NCBI GenBank assembly: GCA_033977065.1
Contig: JAXCHI010000002.1
Span: 96,001-160,000 of the forward strand
Direction of reading: 5' to 3'
DNA: 64,000 nucleotides
Source of the DNA: Candidatus Algichlamydia australiensis
GTDB lineage: Bacteria; Chlamydiota; Chlamydiia; Chlamydiales; JAJFMI01
The notes beneath the pieces are model-generated. The model worked only from the letters and a program-made list of their open reading frames with translations. It ran no database searches and was not told where the DNA came from. Of this stretch, positions 58,243 through 64,000 are shown in pieces. Position 1 is the stretch's first letter, and every line of letters starts with the position of its first letter. The position numbers were made by a program, and so were the translations under genes.

Positions 58243-60478
58243 TCAAAAGTGGGTCGACTGTGGGTCGATGTCAATTGTGTAGCGCGTCTCTTTTGGCGTT
58301 TTCAGTTTTGTTTGCAGGTTGATCAGGGCGTTGGAAAGAGTAAATCCTTTTTTAGGTCCTTTGATTAGGAATTGAAAGCGGTAGCGGTCGCGGATTTTGG
58401 CGTAGCCACAGGGGACGACAGGCAATATTTCGTAAGTAGGCGGTAGGAGTTTAAGGAGGATGTCGCGCGCATCTTTGGCAAAGCTCATTGTTGCACCATC
58501 TTTTAGTCCGGAGAAGATCAGCCGGGCGATTTGTGTGAACGGGGGATAGTGAAAGAGTTTGCGCTCTTCGATTTCTTGTGTATAAAAATTTTCATAATCA
58601 TCTTTGGCAGCGAGTTGAATGAGCGGATGTGTGGGCATGCGACTTTGGATGATCACTTCTCCTTCAAGTAGGCTGCGCCCGGAGCGGCCAGCGACTTGGG
58701 TGACAAGTTGAAAAAGGTTTTCACTAGAGCGAAAGTCGGGAATGTTCATGGCACCATCGGAGTTGAGGACACCGACAAGGGTAACAGCGGGAAAATGGAG
58801 GCCTTTGGCGATCATTTGGGTGCCGATGAGCACGTCGGCTTTTCCAGAACGAAACTGTTTGAAGAGTTCATCGTGGCTTCCTTTATGGCGGGTTGTATCC
58901 GCATCCATGCGCAGAGTGCGTATTTCAGGAAAGATGGCCTTGAGGGTGCGTTCCACTTGTTCTGTTCCGGCGCCGCGGTAGTTGAGGGTTTCAGCTGCGC
59001 ATTTGGGGCATTTGCGTGGGGGAGGATTGAGGGTGTAATCGCAGAGGTGGCAGGTAAGCAAGTTTTCTTTTTTGTGAAAAGTAAGGGAGAGTTCGCAGTG
59101 GGGGCATTTGATGCTCTCATTGCACTCGGAGCAGAGCAAAAAAGAGTTATAGCCGCGGCGGTTAAGAAAAAGCAAACTCTGCTCGCCAAGTGCAGTGCGT
59201 TTTTCAATTGCTGCAAGAAGAGGGGCAGAGAGCAGAGGGATGCGTTTCTCTTTTTCTGCTTCGCGCATCAAATCTACGAGCGTGATTTTGGGGCGGCGCG
59301 CGTTTTTAGGGCGGTTTTTCAAAATACTTAATTTGTATTTGCCGTTTTTCGCATTGGTGTAACTCTCTAAGCTTGGTGTAGCAGAGCCAAGGAGGCAGAC
59401 GGCGTTTTCGAGTTTTGCACGCATGATTGCGACATCACGACCGTTGTAGCAGGGCATTTCATCTGTCTGTTTGTAGGAGTTGTCGTGCTCTTCATCGACG
59501 ATAATGAGGCCAAGATTGGGTAGGGGGGGAGAAGAGTGCCGAGCGGGCACCGACGACAATGGGAATTTCACCGCGCGCAATGCGTACCCAACTATCATAG
59601 CGCTCTCCAAAGGAGAGACGGTGGTGGAGTATTGCAATTTTTTCTTGAAAACGACTTTTGAGGCGCTCTGCTGTTTGGGTAGTGAGGGCAATTTCAGGAA
59701 CAAGCATGAGTACAGAGCGTCCCAGTTGCATCGTTTCGGCCATTGCTTGAAGGTAGACTTCAGTTTTTCCTGAACCGGTAATACCGTGCAGGAGATGGGT
59801 GGAAAAGTTTTTTGATTTGATGTCTGCAAGTAGGCAGTCAAGTGCGCTTTGTTGCTGGCTTGAGAGGGTTTTTGGCTTCGTGGGAAAGTAGGGGAATTCA
59901 TCAAAGGGCGTGCGGTCGACTTCAACCTCGCGAATCTCAATCACTCCCTGCTTTTCAAGGGTCTCTACAGGACTTATTGAGCCTTTTGTCTGCTGCAAAA
60001 GCTCTGAAAGAAAGAGTCCTTTTGGTTTTTTTAACAGGGTTTCTAAAACTTTTGCTTGTGCGGGCTTTTTTCTTTGTAGTTCTTTGCAGAGAGCCGTGAG
60101 CTCAGCGAGGGGTTTTTTGCGGCTAATGCGTTTTTGCATTTTTGCTTTTGCTTTGCCGCGCATGGCGGAGGGCAAAAATAGTTTGAGTACGCGCCGCATC
60201 GGTGTAGCGTAGTAGTGGCTGATCCATTCAGCGAGCTGAAAGAGTTCATCTGTGAGTTTGCCCTCTTCATCTAAAATTTCAAGAGCGGTCTGCAACTTGG
60301 CAAAAGCGCTCTTTTTTTTAATTTCGATGATCGTGCCTTTGACTTTTCGCCCGCGAATCGTGACAAGTACGCGCAGGCCGGGGCGCAAATTTTCCCACTC
60401 GTTTGGAGCAAGGTAGTCGAGTGGCCTGTCGAGGGCTTCGTCGAGTTGAACGTTTAGGATTGTCGTAGTCTTTCCCAA
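58243..60478 (-). CDS. priA: Primosomal protein N' (PriA), split by a 1-nt frameshift at a G7 run (59523-59529)
   Basis: GITGSGKTEVY and VLMLVPEIAL in one frame; IIVDEEHD, GSATPSLES, Cys clusters, GTQMIAKG, QVAGRSGR in another. Confidence 0.9.
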
Positions 60479-60618
60479 AATTTCTCAATACCCCTTGACC
60501 TATTTTTTTTCACTTGGCTTTGTGCTCGAACTCGTAAACTTATTTAAGTTTACTTCGTTCTCCGCACTTTGCCAATTAAAAAAATCTAGGCGCAATTGGC
60601 ATTAAGAAATTTTAGGAA
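60472..60618. repeat. ~147-bp hairpin element, type H
   Basis: AAAATTTCTCAAT...ATTAAGAAATTTT termini; centre GTAAACTTA-TT-TAAGTTTAC. Confidence 0.75.
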
Positions 60619-61304
60619 CCACTACTGAGGGTTTTGCATAACACCGTCCAGAGGGAGCGTTTAAGGAGGGGATCTTTAATATATAGAGAGGGATCGGGGA
60701 GGAGTAAGAGCGACTTGTCGCCAAGTGTACGCGCCTTTTTTTGTGGGATTTCTTGGTAGTGAGAGAGCATTTTTGGGTGGGAAAAGAGAAGTTGGTCGGG
60801 GCAGATGATCAGGCGCAAGGTTGGGGAGGCGAGCAGCGCTTCCCATTTTTCTTGCTTGTCAAGTCTAACTACATCAACGAGTTTGCAGCTGCCAAGGCGT
60901 GTGTCGATGGCGCGCGCGATGCTAGAGAGTAGGGGATGAAATTTAGCGTAGTGGGGGGAGCTTATGAGCAAAATTTCTGGCGCACCCGCTTTTACACGCG
61001 AAGCGATTTTCGCTTTTTTGGCTGATTCATCAGAGGGGGGGGCTTTGTGCAGATGGACGGTTGGGGCGATTTTTCCCAAGATGTTGCCCCACTTGCTGTC
61101 GACTTTTGCCTCTTCAAGTTTTGGCTTTTCAAGAGTGAGCTCTGGCTCTGACTCCGGTTTAGGTGGGGGTGGGGGAACTTCTTGCTTTTTGGGCTTAGGC
61201 GGAGGCGGGAGTTTAATAGCAGGAACAGGTTTTTTTTTAGCAGGAAGATCTTGCAATAGCCAAGCTTTGGCGTCGCGTGTGAGTTCAAGAAGCTCATCTC
61301 TCAT
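60612..61304 (-). CDS. Chlamydial-type hypothetical protein upstream of priA
   Basis: Pro-rich linker; ends YIKDPLLKRSLW; ATGA-coupled to ftsY. Confidence 0.7.
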   Translation of the reverse strand: MRDELLELTRDAKAWLLQDLPAKKKPVPAIKLPPPPKPKKQEVPPPPPKPESEPELTLEKPKLEEAKVDSKWGNILGKIAPTVHLHKAPPSDESAKKAKIASRVKAGAPEILLISSPHYAKFHPLLSSIARAIDTRLGSCKLVDVVRLDKQEKWEALLASPTLRLIICPDQLLFSHPKMLSHYQEIPQKKARTLGDKSLLLLPDPSLYIKDPLLKRSLWTVLCKTLSSGS

Positions 61305-62206
61305 TTTTGGAAGAGTGCCTCAGCAAAGATTTTTTCATCAAATGGAAGAAGATCTTCTGCTTTTTCGCCTACTCCAAGGTAGCAAATTGGCACGCCAAGT
61401 TTGCGATAGATTGAGAGGACGATTCCACCTTTGGCGCTGCCATCGATTTTGGTCAGAGCGATGCCGGTTAGCGGGGTGAACTGATTAAAGGTGATCGCTT
61501 GATCAAGGGCATTTTGTCCTGTTGTTGCATCAAGCACAAGTAGCGCTTCGTGTGGAGCGCTATCTAGTTGTTTTTTACAGACTTGCTCTACTTTTCCTAG
61601 CTCATGCATCAGCTCTGTTTTCGCCTGCAGTCGACCTGCAGTGTCGGCAATGAGCACATCATAGCCCGATTTTGCTTTGGCAATTGCGTCATAGAGAACA
61701 GCCGCGCTATCTCCTCCAGCTCTTCCTTTGACAATGTCAATTTTGAGGCGCTTTGCCCAAATTTCTAGCTGCTCAACTGCAGCTGCACGAAAGGTGTCAC
61801 CTGCAGCAACTAGAACTTTTTTGCCCTCATCACGATAGCGCTTTGCGAGTTTTGCAACAGTTGTTGTCTTACCTGAGCCGTTTACGCCTACAACTAAGAT
61901 GACTTTGGGTTCTCCCTCTTTTGGCTCCTTTGGCCCAATGTCTGTAGGAGTTTGAAGGATTTTTTCTGCATGTGTAGCAAAGCCTTCTAAAATCTCCTCT
62001 TTGGGCAGATGGCGGGCGAGGTTTGTAAACTCCTCTGCAAGTTCTGGACCAAGATCGGACTCATAAAGGATCTCCTCTAGAGCGATAAAGGTCTCATCAT
62101 TAAGGGGATTTTTAAATAGGGAACGAATTTGATCGCCTAATAAAGATCTTGTTTTATTTAGTGCTTTTTTTAATTTTTGCGCGCTAGTTTTTATTAAGTT
62201 AAACAT
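61301..62206 (-). CDS. ftsY: SRP receptor FtsY
   Basis: GVNGSGKTTT, DTFRAAA, DTAGR, TKIDGSAKGG. Confidence 0.97.
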   Translation of the reverse strand: MFNLIKTSAQKLKKALNKTRSLLGDQIRSLFKNPLNDETFIALEEILYESDLGPELAEEFTNLARHLPKEEILEGFATHAEKILQTPTDIGPKEPKEGEPKVILVVGVNGSGKTTTVAKLAKRYRDEGKKVLVAAGDTFRAAAVEQLEIWAKRLKIDIVKGRAGGDSAAVLYDAIAKAKSGYDVLIADTAGRLQAKTELMHELGKVEQVCKKQLDSAPHEALLVLDATTGQNALDQAITFNQFTPLTGIALTKIDGSAKGGIVLSIYRKLGVPICYLGVGEKAEDLLPFDEKIFAEALFQK

Positions 62207-62249
62207 TTAATAGTATTAGAAAAAACCTCTTTATATTAATAAGAAAATT

Positions 62250-63422
62250 ATGAATACCCACGAGTACCAAGCCAAGAAAGTTCTAGCCCAATATAACATA
62301 CCTGTTCCGGAAAGCAAACTGATCCGTGATCCGGATGAGATTGAGGGCGCGATCACCGCTTTAGGAAAGGATCAGGCAATTGTTAAAATCCAGGTGCATG
62401 CTGGAGGCCGCGGCAAAGCAGGCGGTGTGAAGTTTGCCAAATCGAAGGACGAAATTCGCAAATATGCAAATGAGATGCTTGGCATGAAAATTGTCAATAA
62501 TCAGACAGGTCCCGATGGCATTGTCGCACATGAGGTGCTTCTCTCCGATCCTGTGGACATTGCAAAAGAGTATTATATTGGTGCCATTATCGATCGCGCA
62601 AATGCACAGGCCATTTTGATCGCTTCTCCTGAAGGGGGAATGGAGATTGAAGAAGTAGCGGAAAAAACTCCAGAAAAAATTTTGAAGCTTCCCATCAGTT
62701 TGGAGGGAGATCTAAGTGATGATCAGCTGTTAAAGCTTGTTGAATTTATGGGATGGGAGGGTGAAACAGCCCAGCAGGGGCGCCAGATAGCGGCAGGACT
62801 TGCAAAAGCATTTATTGAAAGCGATGGCGATCTTTTGGAGATCAACCCTCTTGTTGAAACACCAGATGGAAAGATCTGGGCCGTTGATGCAAAGCTCTCG
62901 ATCGATGATAACGCGCTCTATCGCCAAAAAGAGATTGCGGCTTTCTACGATCCAACACAAATCAGTGAGAATGAGGTACGTGCGAAAGAGCACGACCTTG
63001 CCTACATTGGTTTGCATGGGGAGATTGGTTGTATGGTCAACGGTGCTGGTCTTGCGATGGCAACGATGGATATTATCCACTTTTATGGTGGGGCGCCTGC
63101 CAATTTCCTCGATGTGGGAGGCAGTGCGACCAAAGAAAAGGTAGCCTACGGTTTCAAAATTATTCTTTCCGATCCGGAAGTCAAAGCGATCTTTGTCAAT
63201 ATCTTTGGTGGCATCATGAGCTGCGCTACCATTGCTGAGGGAGTGATCCATGCGGCAAAAGAGCTGGCACTCAAAGTGCCACTGATTGTCCGTCTTGAGG
63301 GAACAAATGTTGATGAAGGAAAAAGATTGCTGCGCGAGTCGGGACTTAAAATCATTGCGGCAGAAGATCTGGCTGATGGAGCCAAAAAAGCAGTAGATAG
63401 TGTGAAAAATGGGGATGCGTAA
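62250..63422 (+). CDS. sucC: Succinyl-CoA synthetase beta subunit
   Basis: [32 protein letters not shown]. Confidence 0.97.
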   Translation: MNTHEYQAKKVLAQYNIPVPESKLIRDPDEIEGAITALGKDQAIVKIQVHAGGRGKAGGVKFAKSKDEIRKYANEMLGMKIVNNQTGPDGIVAHEVLLSDPVDIAKEYYIGAIIDRANAQAILIASPEGGMEIEEVAEKTPEKILKLPISLEGDLSDDQLLKLVEFMGWEGETAQQGRQIAAGLAKAFIESDGDLLEINPLVETPDGKIWAVDAKLSIDDNALYRQKEIAAFYDPTQISENEVRAKEHDLAYIGLHGEIGCMVNGAGLAMATMDIIHFYGGAPANFLDVGGSATKEKVAYGFKIILSDPEVKAIFVNIFGGIMSCATIAEGVIHAAKELALKVPLIVRLEGTNVDEGKRLLRESGLKIIAAEDLADGAKKAVDSVKNGDA

Positions 63423-64000
63423 TGGCAATATTAGTGAATAAAGAGACAAAGATCATCACACAAGGTCTGACGGGAAAAGCGGGCAGCTTCCACACGGAGC
63501 AGGGCCTTAAGTATGGTTCAAAATTTGTGGGAGGGGTGACGCCCAAAAAAGGAGGAACAACCCACCTCGGTCTTCCTGTTTTTAATAGTGTTGCAGAATC
63601 GGTTAGGGCTGTGCAGCCCGATGCTACACTCATTTTTGTGCCGCCTCCCTTTGCAGCAAGTGCGATTTTAGAAGCAGAAAGCGCAAATATTCCCTTGATT
63701 ATCTGCATTACAGAAGGAATTCCGATTCGAGATATGTTGAAAGTTACCCAAGTGATGCGCGCCTCCAAAAGTTCGCGCCTCATTGGTCCCAACTGTCCTG
63801 GCATTATCACTCCTGGTGAGTGCAAAATTGGGATTATGCCGGGCTACATTCACAAAAAAGGAAGAATTGGCATTGTTTCGCGCTCTGGAACGCTCACTTA
63901 TGAAGCGGTTTGGCAAACATCAGAGCTCGGCCTTGGTCAAAGCACCTGTGTGGGAATTGGAGGAGATCCTCTTAATGGCACAAACTTTATCGACGTACTC
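63422..64000 (+). CDS. sucD: Succinyl-CoA synthetase alpha subunit (runs off window end)
   Basis: Hand translation: [50 protein letters not shown]. Confidence 0.95.
   Translation, partial: MAILVNKETKIITQGLTGKAGSFHTEQGLKYGSKFVGGVTPKKGGTTHLGLPVFNSVAESVRAVQPDATLIFVPPPFAASAILEAESANIPLIICITEGIPIRDMLKVTQVMRASKSSRLIGPNCPGIITPGECKIGIMPGYIHKKGRIGIVSRSGTLTYEAVWQTSELGLGQSTCVGIGGDPLNGTNFIDVL

Noticed and set aside
58696..59331. Long antisense ORFs (also 26950-27363, 60964-61479, 62730-63449 and similar)
   Set aside because: Shadow frames opposite well-supported genes, without recognisable motifs

Overview
Bacterial chromosome segment, almost certainly from an environmental member of the phylum Chlamydiae. 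The gene neighbourhood groEL-murF-mraY-murD-LysM-ftsW-murG-murC-ftsQ, rsbV-miaA-coiled coil-nadD-rsfS-fabF-NUDIX, aas/cysS/lysS/priA and ftsY-sucC-sucD resembles chlamydial synteny. Most of the window is housekeeping, with tRNA-His and tRNA-Cys and several AT-rich orphan or effector-like genes. The most striking non-coding signal is a set of ~145-170 bp whole-length imperfect hairpin elements of at least six sequence types, several bounded by TA/CTAG. One type forms a head-to-tail A-B-A array (14118-14858) inserted at a CTAG inside a secreted-protein gene; removing the array restores a 150-aa ORF in frame. The B unit carries a GC-rich structured cargo that recurs at 1-202. No transposase is present in the window. 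Notable proteins are a B3/4 editing-like domain fused to LysRS, a stand-alone LanM-dehydratase-like kinase, an AlbA_2/Schlafen protein with three tandem C-terminal HTH modules joined by 12-bp repeat arrays, a priA split at a G7 tract, and a four-gene low-GC paralog cluster. All calls come from reading motifs by eye; no database searches were run.
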